From Squalus acanthias (lineage: Eukaryota): a stretch of 64,000 bases of DNA. A program made the position numbers and the translations under genes. Positions 12,716 to 24,010 of this stretch are shown here, piece by piece. The notes under the pieces were generated by a model. It searched no databases. It was given only the letters and a program-made list of their open reading frames with translations, and was not told the DNA's origin. Position 1 is the first letter of the stretch, and the number at the start of each line of letters is the position of its first letter. The stretch spans positions 61,692,001-61,756,000 of the forward strand of contig CM059438.1 of assembly GCA_030390025.1 (NCBI GenBank), in the 5' to 3' direction.

Positions 12716-13993
12716 TCGCCTAGATTTTTCTAAAAAAGTTTCAAAAATTTTATATATATATATATATATAAATTGTGTTTCTTTTGAATCATTTATTTAA
12801 AACAAATATTTACGTACTTTTGGACTGCTTATTGCAAGGAGGTTAGACAAAGTATTGAGCAGAGCCTCACAACAAATCATAGGCATGGAGAGCTCTACAG
12901 TTGTGCACCATACCCCCGGATATGGGACTAGGTCCCCGCTCCTGATCCCTAAAGCAGCCAGCCCCTGCTGGAAGATCTGTATTGGCACTAATGTGGACAC
13001 GATTTGGCTGAGAGGTGATGAACTCCATGGTCGAATACCTCACGGTATTTTGTGGGGGGAGGGATGTGAATTTTCCGAGGCCCTGCACCACTCGGCATGG
13101 CGTTGGACGGAGCGTTCGGCTTATCAGAAAATTGCCACCCACCTTGCCCCCTCCAATTTTCTCCCCATTGGGGGTGGGACGGGGAAATCGCGGAGATTGT
13201 ACTCGCGATTTTTGCAATAAACCGCACATTGCCGGGCCGGGCGCGGGGCTCTGGAAAACTCCGCCTGTGGCGGTCTAGGTTCACACGTTTAGAATGGTGA
13301 CTGGGGCCAGGCTCCACCGGCGAATTCAGTGCCTCGGGAACTGGGGGGGTTGTGTGTGGGGGGGTTGTGGCATTCAGAGAATTACACTGTTGTCAAACCT
13401 GCCGGCTTTTAGGAAGAAAGTCGGCAAAACCTGAAAAGGGAGACCCGGGTGTAAAATATAAACAGAAAATGCTGGGAACACCCCGGCAGGTCAGGCAGCA
13501 TCTGTGGCGAGAGAAACAGAGTTAACGGGCTGGATTTTAATAACGGAGGCGGGTTGAGGGCGGGCCCGCTGCTCGGCAGCTTTCAGACCCGCACCCAGCT
13601 GCCGCCTCCCAGCACTTCCAATTTTGGCTTCATTGGCCTCGTTCCGGCCGACGTGCGGGTCCCTCCAGGCAACTGCTCGGAGGATGTCAGTTTCTCACGT
13701 CTGATGACGCGTTGCTTGTTTGAAAATTTAAAGGGGCCATGTCCCCTTTGCATACAAATGTCATTGGGATGGCTTGGTGCTGTATTATCTTGAAAGGGGA
13801 GTTGACAGCGTCTGTTCTGAGCAAAATTTAAGGAATGATATTGCTGGTCATATTATTCCAGAAAGAGATTCATGATTTTTTGATATATGACTTTATTATC
13901 TGACTATGAAATGAAAAAGATGCCAGATGTGTTCCAATCATTTGCTTAGTGATATTAATGCTTTTTTCTCTTAAAGGTGCTGGGAGTTGCAGG

Positions 13994-14225
13994 AATGGCA
14001 GCCCCAATAACTAAGGCTGCACCCAGGTTCAATGAGGGCTCTCTCCATGCTCTTGTTGAGGGAGTTAGAGGACATCAGGAGGTCCTCTTCCCTGGAAACG
14101 GAAAGAGGAGGCCTCCTCAGCAAACCAAGGCAGCTTGGCTGCAAATTGCTGAGGAGGTGAGCTCAAGGTCTCTGTACAGACGCACATGAGTTTAGTGTCG
14201 AAAAAGGTTTAATGATCTGCTGAGA
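13994..14225 (+). pseudogene. Harbinger ORF1-type Myb/SANT-like DNA-binding domain remnant
   Basis: MAAPITKAAPRFNEGSLHALVEGV...AWLQIAEEVSSRSLYRRT* then CRKRFNDL; stops fall where W/Q are expected. Confidence 0.75.
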
Positions 14226-14399
14226 TCACCTAAAGTGTGGCCTCTGTGTCCTGGGACATGGAAGTTCAAGAGTGAGGGCTCAGGGCGATTTCCATGTAGA
14301 ATGTTGGTGGTGACACTGAGCGCAAACCACCGTTTATTGGACAGATGATGCCTGGGGTTTTGAGAATGTCGGACTTATATTCATCTCCATGTGCTAGCC

Positions 14400-14660
14400 A
14401 CCTGTGGTTGAAGCATTAGCTTGCGCGAATCTGGCATGGATGAGTGCATCCCTTGCCTGACGGCCAGCAATGTGGTTGCCTGCTGCTGGATTGGCCACAT
14501 CCGGCCCCGCAAGGTGTCACTCCCTGTCCTCCCACTCATCCTCCTCCTCGTCTTCTTCCTCGTCCTCCAAGGAGGCTGTGTGCTGAGCCATTTGTTCATC
14601 CGGCAGCACTAAGCCGCGCTGCTCTTCCTCCGAATCTGGCGACCAGGATGAGAGGATGTA
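14400..14660 (-). pseudogene. Harbinger transposase C-terminal remnant
   Basis: Acidic tract DEEEDEEEDEWED followed by GRQARDALIHARF, resembling Harbinger transposase ends; in-frame stop. Confidence 0.55.
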
Positions 14661-15329
14661 AATGGTTCCCATCCCGTTGTTATAGATTTCAGTTGAGGCA
14701 AGAAGCTTGCAAGCGCACACTCAAAGTGGCCTGAAATTATTCCAATCAGTTCACACAGCAGATGTGTATCAGCTTGACCAGTCACAAGGTCAGTAGATTT
14801 GCAAAATCTTATCCCAAACCTCCAACAACAAAGTTGTTGCATTTGAATGTCAGCCATGTTACAGGAGCGCTGTTAAAGTTCTGCACCAATATTAACTACA
14901 GATCATGTCCTCCACCAACTCATCTCCTTGCAGCTGGACTGTTTCTGACAAGACGGGAAACAGGAGCCAGAGGCAGGAAAATGGGAAACCTCTATCAAAA
15001 TAGGATTAGCAAGGCAGTTAACAGGCTCTTAACTGCCTTAACTACCTGTCCCACCGGTTGGAGTCGGGTCAGTTTGGGAGCGGCTGACCCGACATTCACG
15101 AAAATCGCGTGGGGGCGGGATGGAGGCGGGTTGGGTGTCTGAAGCCATTTTTTCCCGATTTTTTTTGCAGCTGACCCGCCTCCAAACTGCCTCCTCAGGG
15201 CTGTTAAAATCAAGCCCAATGTTTCAGGTCATTGATAATCCATTATAAACGTGCTTCAGTGCATTGCATTTGTAACGTGCAGTAATAAACCCATTGTTTA
15301 AAGGTTTTATATTGTGTATGTGTGTGTAG

Positions 15330-15475
15330 AGTCTGTGTGCCTACCTTCTCCGAACGCTTCTGTCGAAAGTGAATGTACCCAACCATGCTCTGACCCCTTG
15401 GGAAGCGACTTCCAGATCTTTTCAACACTCTGTCCAGACTTGTGTGACTGCGAACAGCACGTTGTCGTTATACCG
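15330..15475 (+). CDS. Uncharacterised gene, exon E (SVCLPSPNAS...EQHVVVIP)
   Basis: tgtgtgtag acceptor, CCG|gtgag donor, 146 nt, phase 1 to 0. Confidence 0.7.
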
Positions 15476-16032
15476 GTGAGTTCTCCACTCCTAGTCGCAT
15501 AAAACCCAGTCCCAGACCAAGCACAAAAGATTCAGACCCAGGGGCTGCCCAGACTAGTGAGGGGGAGGAAGTTTCCTCTCTCTCTACTGACCGTAAAGCT
15601 CCTTCACAAAATGAACTGGGGGAACTTCTACCCAGTTCAGAGTGGTCACGAGGGATGGGTTCACAGTACAAACATGTGCATGGTCCGTCTGTCACTCATT
15701 GGTAATCTTGCTCAGAAAGGCTATAAAGATGGATGGTGTGGGGCAGTGTTGCCCAATGCGTGAGCTACTAACCACATGTGGCTAATTGGGAATCCAGATG
15801 TGGCTAATTGCATTTTCTGAATAATTAATAAAGAATGAGCAATAGGCACCATCGTCGACCATGTGATCTCCATATTCCCACGGTGTGTACTTGTGTACTT
15901 TAACCTTTTTGTGCATTTGGTGGTAAAATGGTAAAATAAAAGCAGAGGGTGTGCGTGTTTTTTGATTGTTGTGAGTGCTTTACTTCCTTGGTTACTGAAC
16001 AGTGATATATGTTAAGTAAATATACACGTGAT

Positions 16033-16119
16033 CAATGTTCCCTCTAAACTTTTTTTGAGCACTGTACCTTTAAATTTGCTGCGCGGCAGCGCACTCGCGG
16101 TATCTTAGAGGGAACGTTG
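16033..16119. mobile_element. hAT-like MITE (87 bp)
   Basis: TIRs caatgttccctctaa / ttagagggaacgttg; 8-bp TSD cacgtgat/cacatgat. Confidence 0.85.
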
Positions 16120-16151
16120 CACATGATGTACATTTACCTGTATTGTGTGTA

Positions 16152-16335
16152 CTCTTTTGGTTTGGGTGCTAAAACAAATGATCTGTAACTAATAAAACTT
16201 TAAATAAAACTTAACAAATTACATTAAAATTTTGTTGGCTGGGGTGATGATGCACTCCAGTCCCCGCGGCGCCCACCGGTCACGGAAGGCCTCGAGCGTG
16301 CCGGCAGACGCCACGTGCTCCATCTCCAGGGCCAC
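16152..16335 (-). mobile_element. 5'-truncated Tx1-clade retrotransposon copy
   Basis: Homologous to the ORF2 C-terminus at 29256-29375 (RDRWAPRGLECI); perfect 15-bp TSD cctgtattgtgtgta at 16137-16151 and 16336-16350. Confidence 0.9.
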
Positions 16336-16933
16336 CCTGTATTGTGTGTAAGGCATGTTTTACTAAAGTTAGTGCACGTGGTTAAAACAGTGTTGCCATA
16401 GCCACACCTGTGGTCAGTCAGCAATTTCTATTGGACAACACTGGTGTAGGGAAACTGAGCTCTCATGCAGGTGGAGTAAAGGGTCTCCTGAACCTGAGGT
16501 GCATTGTTGGCATATTGTAAAGACAGCTTCAACCCGGTATGTAACCCATGCTGCTTTTAACATGGGAGTGCTTGATGGACAATGTAGAAGGAGTTTTCCT
16601 CTTAATTTAACCCTTCTGTCGCCAACGTGGGTGTATTGATGCTGACACTGGGGGCCTGGAATGGAAAGGGTCTCATTTTCTAGTGTTGCCGTCACTACCT
16701 TAGTGGGCAGAGAAAAGAAATTTGACACCAGAAATAAACTGAGATTAAAAAGTGACCAGCTGGATTTCTTTCCAGCGCTGCAGTACCCCTGGGGTGGGGG
16801 GGAAAGGAGGCAGAGTTGGGGCTGCCGATGACTACGTACTGGCTCCCTGTTTGGAAAGCGAGGGCAGGTGGCTGTCGGATGAGAAGAGGATGGGTAAAGG
16901 GAGTTGAAAACTGTGAGCGACCGTGCCTGTTGC

Positions 16934-17506
16934 ATCTGCTCCTGTCGGTGTGTATTAACACTGAGTATCTGCTCCTGTCGGTGTGTATTAACACTGAGTA
17001 TCTGCTTCTGTCGGTGTGTATTAACACTGAGTATCTGCTTCTGACCGTGTGTATTAACACTGAGTATCTGCTCTTGACTGAATGTATTAACACTGAGTAT
17101 CTGCTCCTGTCGGTGTGTATTAACACTGAGTATCTGCTTCTGTCGGTGTGTATTAACACTGAGTATCTGCTTCTGTCGGTGTGTATTAACACTGAGTATC
17201 TGCTTCTGTCGGTGTGTATTAGCACTGAGTATCTGCTTCTGACTGTGTGTATTAACACTGAGTATCTGCTCCTGACTGTGTGTATTAACACTGAGTATCT
17301 GCTCCTGTCGGGGTGCATTAACACTGAGTATCTGCTTCTGACCGTGTGTATTAACACTGAGTATCTGCTCCTGACTGAATGTATTAACACTGAGTATCTG
17401 CTCCTGTCGGTGTGTATTAACACTGAGTATCTGCTTCTGACCGTGTGTATTAACACTGAGTATCTGCTCCTGACTGTGTGTATTAACACTGAGTATCTGC
17501 TCCTGT
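16934..17506. repeat. 33-bp minisatellite, about 17 copies
   Basis: Unit tatctgctYctgNcNgtgtgtattaacactgag; explains the overlapping repetitive ORFs. Confidence 0.95.
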
Positions 17507-17657
17507 CTATTTGCGTTAGCTTTTGAAATCAATGCGCTGTGCCAGTCGAGGTTGGAAAACTAGTATTAATCCATCATCGTTCAATGCCGTGCATCTGTTA
17601 GAGTATTGGGCCCTGACTACACTCCCAGCTCTTCACCACCTGAGCTATTCTTTTCAG

Positions 17658-17778
17658 TTGCAGGATGTGAAAAGTGAAGTGAAGGACGAGCCATCATCTG
17701 CTGTGGATAACAGACTGTTGACTGCTGCGGAGACTGGCGCAGGGATAATCGACCTGCCGAATGTATCTGCGCAGCCAG
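17658..17778 (+). CDS. Uncharacterised gene, exon F (LQDVKSEVKDEPSS...NVSAQP)
   Basis: ttcttttcag acceptor (alternative in-frame cag at 17663), G|gtaag donor, 121 nt, phase 0 to 1. Confidence 0.75.
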
Positions 17779-18109
17779 GTAAGCAACACCTCGATTTTAC
17801 CCACCTCTACCTATTCACGAAATTTATCGTCAAAGAGCAAACGTTGGGCCCTGACGGTCTGTGCAGGTAGTGTAGTGTGTCCCGCCGTCGGCATGTATTC
17901 TAGTGACTGTCCCGTGCACTTGCTGATGGTTAGTGGGAGGAAATGGTGTGTCTTTTAGCTGCAAGAAGAAAAGGCAAAATACCGCAAATGCTGGAAATCT
18001 GAGATAATAACAGAAACTGTACAGCAGGTCAGGCAGCTTCTGTGGAGAGCGAAAGGAAAGGTGTAACTTTTTGGGTCGAATTTCAAATTGCCAGCATCTT
18101 TTTTTAAAA

Positions 18110-18420
18110 AGAAAGACTTGCATTTATATAGCGCCTTTCACGACCACCGGAAGTCCCAAAGCACTTTGCAGCCAATGAAGTACTTCTGAAGTGTAGTCAC
18201 TGTTGTAATGTAGGAAACGCGGCAGCCAATTTGCACACAGCAAGGTCCCACAAGGGATAAATATTGGCCAGGACCCCTGCTCTTCTTAGAAATAACGCCA
18301 TGGGATCTTTTACATCCACCTGAGAGGGCAGACGGGGCCTCAGTTTAACGTCTCATCCAAACGACGGCACCTCCGACAATGCAGCACTCCCTCAGCACTG
18401 CACTGGAGTATCAGCCTAGA
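18110..18420 (-). mobile_element. SacSINE1-like SINE
   Basis: aaagacttgcatttatatagcgcctttcacgacc end and shared body. Confidence 0.7.
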
Positions 18421-18670
18421 TTGATTATTGTTGAATTCACTGCCGCTTCTTCTACAGGGCTGCACACCTTGAAGAAGTTCTGCTCCCCTCTGCCGCGTGA
18501 TTCTCATTTGTCTTGTTACCCGATTCACCTTCATCGCAATGACTCCCTTCTTTGTGTTTGATCATGTGTTCTCCAAAATCTGCTTTCACAGCCGTGTAAA
18601 TCTGCTTTCTCAGCAACTGTCTCTGGCTCAGACTCTATCCACGTGGACTTTAAAATAAATATATATATAT

Positions 18671-18780
18671 GGTTCTAACGAAAGGTCATCGGCCTGAAAC
18701 GTTAAACCTATCATCCTCTCTCCACAGATGCTGCCTGACCTGCTGGGTGTTTCCAGCATTTTCTGTTTTTATTTTTCTGT
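18671..18780 (+). mobile_element. Penelope-like terminal repeat with mutated hammerhead
   Basis: ggtt ctaacga a aggtc-atc-ggcct gaaa cgtt aaacc (core G to A change), then cacagatgctgcctgacctgctg. Confidence 0.65.
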
Positions 18781-20484
18781 TTTAGCTGTGCTTGTTGTAA
18801 GTAGGATTGTCAACTATAGTTGGCCATATTCCTGGAGGTTTCATCACATGACCTCTGACTTCCCACCGCCCCGTCCAATCAAACGGCCTTTCACCCAACT
18901 CCACCCCTACCCCATCTCCAATATTTTAATAAGAAATGAAAGCATTCAAAGAAAATGAAAAAGAACACTTTTTTTTAATGCCCCTATGATTTTTCTCCCA
19001 GGTTTTGCTCTCAGCAGTATCCAGGAGATTAATCTGTAATTCTTGGAGACTCCAGGACTATCCTGGAGGGTTGGCAAAGCTGGTTGTAAGAGGCCAAAAT
19101 CATGCATTTACCTGGACAGCTTGTGCCACAGCACAACCTGTGGTGGGAAGACTGAACAGCCGGAGTTAACAGTAATAACTTTTAAAATCAACAGATGCAG
19201 TTGTTAGCACTACACTTCAGGTGATATCTCTAAGCATTGCCAATGTCACAGAAGCACAACTAAATCACAACAGCAGGAACTGGGCCTGAGAAATGGGAAC
19301 TCTCAAGGATTTTATGTGTTTAGCAAATTGGAGGACTCGCTCTTTTATAACTTAAGGAGTGTTTATGACATGCAGGCTAAAAGGAGCTGACTAAATTCTT
19401 ACTGGAGACAATAGCACTCTGCCCTTGCACCTGAGTCCTAGATTTGATTCCAGCCCAGATTGATGAGATGAAAGTCCTCTCTGCCTGCCTATGTACTTTC
19501 AATCTAGTTTCTAATGGGCTTGAGTCCGCTGTACAAAACTGCCCTTAATTCAGCACTAAGTTAGCATTTAATTGTCAGTTCCATTGAGGCCACAAGGATG
19601 GTTGATGTGGGAAGTGAGAGTGTCACACTGGAGTAGTAGGAGGTATTCAACGACAACAACTTGCATTTATATAGCGCCTTTAACGTAGTAAAACGTTCCA
19701 AGGCGCTTCACAGGAGCGTTATCAGACGAAATTTGACACTGAGCTACATAAGGAGATGTTAGGACAGGTGACCAAAAGCTTGGTCAAAGAGCGTTTTAAG
19801 GAGCGTCTTAAAGGAGGGTAGAGAGGTAGAGAGGTTTAGGGAGGGAATTCCAGAGCTTAGAGTCTAGACAGCTGAAGGCACGGACCGCCAATGGTGGGGC
19901 AAAGGAAATTGGGGATGCACAAGAGGTCAGAATTGTATTCTTCAGACTTTGGAGTTATGACACATTCACGTGACAATGTAGAGAGAGATTTTCTCTGTAT
20001 TTAACCCTGCTACACCTAGCATGTGGCAGTGCAGAGACAGATTTAATCCAACCCATGCTGTACCTGCCCTGGGAGTGCATATAACCCTTGCTATTCCTTG
20101 ATCTGGGAATGTTTGATGTTGCCACTGGATGCCAAAGATGGAAAGTGTCACATTCCCCACAACCAATATCCTTCACTTTGATCTTCAAGAAAAAAAAGAC
20201 TGTTTTTGTGATACCCAGTTCCTGCTGTCGATTACCTAAAGCCAATTTTTACAATGATGGAAGAATTTTAACTGGGGTGTTGACTTGGGTTTCTCAGCCC
20301 AGTACCAAACAGATTAAGTGTTGGTAATTCTTACCCATGCTCTCAAGTATTGGTGAAACTGCTCTATTATAGAGGTTTCATCTGTGCTCAGAATTATGGG
20401 TAAGAATATCCACCATGAGGACATGTCCATCATGTACTCACGCCTTCACGTGTGGGAAACTTTCCTGTAAGAGGGCAGCAACCT

Positions 20485-20990
20485 CAGCTGAAGTATTGTG
20501 TCCAATTCTGGGCACCACACTTTTTAGGAAGGATGTCAAGACCTTGGAGAGGGTGCAGAGGAGATTTACTAGAATAGTGCCAGGGATGAGGGACTTCAGT
20601 TACGTGAAGAGACTAGAGAAGCTGGGATTGTTCTCCTTAGAGCAGAGAAGGTTAAAGGGAGATTTGATAGAGGTGTTCAAAATTATGAGGGGTTTTGATA
20701 GAGTAAATAGCGAGAAACTGTTTCTAGTGGCAGGAGGGTCAGTAACCAGAGGACACAGATTTAAGGTAATTGGCAAAAGAACCAGAAGGGAGATGAATGA
20801 GTTGTTATGAGCTGGAATCCACTGCCTGAAAGTAACTTGCAAAAGGGAACTGGATATATACTTAAAGGGAAATAAATTGCAGGACTATGGGGAAAGAGCA
20901 GGGATGTGGGACTAATTGGAGAGCTCTTTCAAAGAGCCGGCACAGTCACAGTGGGCTGAATGGCCTCCTTCTGTGTTGTATGATTCTATT
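20485..20990 (+). mobile_element. CR1 LINE 3' fragment
   Basis: ORF 20415-20810 (LERVQRRFTRIVPGM...RGHRFKV) plus 3' UTR. Confidence 0.85.
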
Positions 20991-21168
20991 ATTCGATAAG
21001 AGAGACCTCTCAGATATCCGAGCTCCCCAAAAAGTGCTTTATATCTAAGATAGCAGTATATAATAGAGCAATTTGTGACAGGATCCCTTGAGTAATAAGT
21101 TGCAGAGTGACCTTTCACCTGTGTTTCTACTAAGTTGCAATACTTGATACTGTTTTACTGTCACCCAG

Positions 21169-21983
21169 GTGATGAGGTGCAAAATGCAAAGTTGATAGAA
21201 AAGCAAGATCTCAGTACTGCCACTGAAATGGGGCCTCCAATTGTGGAACAGACAGGCTCTGAGGACCAGAGCAGTCTTCCAATTGCCAAAAGGAACGAAC
21301 AGCAAGATCTCAGTACTGCCACTGAAATGGGGCCTCCAATTGTGGAACAGACTGGCTCTGAGGACCAGAGCAGTCTTCCAATTGCCAAAAGGAACGAACA
21401 GCAAGATTCGGGAGCTGCCACTGAAATGGGGCCTCCAATTGTGGAACAGACAAGTTCTGAGGACCAGAGCAGTCTTCCAATTGCCAAAAGGAATGAACAG
21501 CAAGATCTCAGTACTGCCACTGAAATGGGGCCTCCAATTGTGGAACAGACAAGTTCTGAGGACCAGAGCAGTCTTCCAATTGCCAAAAGGAATGAACAGC
21601 AAGATCTCAGTACTGCCACTGAAATGGGGCCTCCAATTGTGGAACAGACAAGTTCTGAGGACCAGAGCAGTCTTCCAATTGCCAAAAGGAATGAACAGCA
21701 AGATCTCAGTACTGCCACTGAAATGGGGCCTCCAATTGTGGAACAGACAGGCTCTGAGGACCAGAGCAGTCTTCCAATTGCTGAAAGGAACAAACAGCAA
21801 GATTCGCGAGCTGCCACTGAAAGTATGTCTGTGATCCTGGAACAGAGGAATCATGAAAGGTCTGAGGATCACCAGAATGGCACTGTAATTGCCAAGAGTG
21901 TGGAAGAACAAGATACAGCAGCTCCCACTGAAACAGCGTCTCCACATGTTGGAGAGATGGATCAGGGAGAGCCTGAGATTTAG
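21169..21983 (+). CDS. Uncharacterised gene, terminal exon G with 33-aa repeats
   Basis: ttttactgtcacccag acceptor, phase 1 matches exon F, open to TAG 21981-21983; AATAAA at 22420-22425. Confidence 0.7.
21202..21935 (+). repeat. 99-bp coding tandem repeat (6 near-perfect plus about 2 degenerate units)
   Basis: Units start 21202, 21301, 21400, 21499, 21598, 21697, 21796; QDLSTATEMGPPIVEQT(G/S)SEDQSSLPIAKRNEQ. Confidence 0.95.
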
Positions 21984-22547
21984 TGTTACGGATACAAGGA
22001 AAATTATCAAAGCAAGCTGGTTCTTTCTTCACTTTTATATTTCAAATTTCACCTGTACAGGACATGGTGACTTTCTTTTACATATGAGCTACCGGTGATA
22101 TCCCATGATTCAGGAACATTGGGAGCGCTTTGGTGAATTGCTGTGCCAATCAAGGTGGAGGATGTCGATGCTGGAGAATGAAACACTTTTGCTATCCATT
22201 GTCCACTCCAAGTACTCCCAGGTCAGAGGCAGCACAGTCAGACATTGGACTAAGGTCTCGCTACACAGTCCCAGCAGTGTGCCTTGACTCCAACTCCAGA
22301 AGAGCACCCCTACTGGACCAGAAATGTACTGCGAATACCAATGCTTTCCGTACCACAATCAGAGCTCCTGTCTACTATATACATTCCCCTGTATTTGCTC
22401 TCTGGATTTTTTGCATGGAAATAAACTTTTTCTGTGTCATTTTTTTGTCGTGTTCACACTGTCTGCCGGAAAAATGACCATGAAGCATTCAATTTATATT
22501 ATTTAATGTTTTCGCTTTGTGCTGCTCTCTTTGTTTTACAAAGGAAA

Positions 22548-24010
22548 GAACATAAGAAATCGGAGCAAGAATAGGCCATACGGCACCTTGAGCCTGCTCC
22601 GCCATTTAATTAAATCATGGCTGAACTTCTACATCAACTCCACTTTCCCACCATACCCCCCTATCCCTTGATTCCCTTAGTGTCCAAAAATCTATCGATC
22701 TCTGTCTTGAATATACTCATCGACCGAGCATCCACAGCCCTCTGGGGTAGAGAATTCCAAAGATTCACAACCCTCTGAGTGAGGAAATTTCTCCTCATCT
22801 CAGTCCTAAATGGCTGACTCCTTATCCTGAGACTATGCCCCCTGGTTCCAGATTCTCCAGCCAGGAGAAACAGCCTCTCAGCATCTACCCTGTCAAGCCC
22901 TCGAAGAATTTTATATGTTTCAATGAAATCACCTCTCATTCTTCTAAACTCATCCCAGGAATCAATCTAGTGAACCTTCGTTGCACCCCCTCTAAGGCAG
23001 GTATTTCCTTCCTTAGGTAAGGAGACCAAAACTGTACACACTACTCCAGGTATGATCTCACCAAAGCCCTATATAATTGCAGCAAGACTTCCTTACTCTT
23101 ATACTCCAACCCTCTTGCAATAAAGGCTAGCATATAATTTGCCTTCCTAATTGCTTGCTGTATCTGCATGTTTAACTTTCTGTGATTCGTATATAAGGAC
23201 CCCCAAATCCCTCTGAATACCAACATTTACTAGTCTCTCACCTTTTAAAAAATATTCTGCTTTTCCATTCTTCCTACCAAAGTGGATAACTTCACACTTC
23301 CCCACATTATACTCTATCTGCCACCTTATTGCCCAATCATTTAACCGATCGATATCCCTTTGCAGCCTCTTTGCGTCCTCCTCACAGCTTACTGTCCCAC
23401 CTAGCTTTGTATCGTCAGCAAACTTGGATATATTACGCTTGGTCCCCTCATCTAAGTCATCGATGTAGATTGTGAATAGCTGAGGCCCAAGCACTGATCC
23501 TTGCGGTACTCCACTAGTTACACCCTGCCATCTCGAAAATGATCCGTTTATTTCTACTCTGTTTTCTGTCGTTAACTAATCCTGAATGGCCTACTCCTGC
23601 TCTTATTTATTTCTTATGTTCTCAATCCATGCTAATATATAACCCCCAATCCCATGAGCCGTAATCTTATGTAACAACCTATTGTGTGGCACCTTATCAA
23701 ATGCCTTATGAAAATCGCAATATACTACACTCACCTTATCTACCCTGCTAGTTACACCCTCAAAAAACTCTAATAGATTGGTCAAGCACGATTTCTCTTT
23801 CCTAAAAGCTTGTTGACTCTGCCCAATCATATTGTGATCTTCCAAGTGCCTGTTACCACGCCCCTAGTAATAGATTCTAGCATTTTCCCTACTACTGATG
23901 TCAGGCTAACTGGCCTGCAGTTTCCTGTTTTCTCTCTCCCTCCTTTTTTGAACAGCGGGGTTACATTTGCCACCTTCCAGGCCACGGGGACCGTTGTAGA
24001 ATCTAGGGGA
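22548..24010 (-). mobile_element. Degenerate CR1 LINE
   Basis: RT ORF pieces 23827-24036, 23603-23845, 23147-23494, 22661-22939; tail at the low-coordinate end. Confidence 0.9.

Larger units (their letters stand above)
13527..15217. mobile_element. Internally deleted PIF/Harbinger DNA transposon
   Basis: TIRs gggctggattttaata / tgttaaaatcaagccc; 3-bp TSD aac/aat; Myb/SANT-like ORF on + and transposase-like C-terminus on -; splits a Penelope-like repeat. Confidence 0.8.

Noticed and set aside
16934..17506. CRISPR-like array or repeat-protein ORFs (372, 264 and 236 aa)
   Set aside because: Head-to-tail units without unique spacers in a eukaryotic intron; frames stay open only because the unit is 33 bp and lacks stops
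21045..22010. Minus-strand 321-aa and 218-aa ORFs
   Set aside because: Shadows of the 99-bp repeat; only the + frame has a phase-matched acceptor
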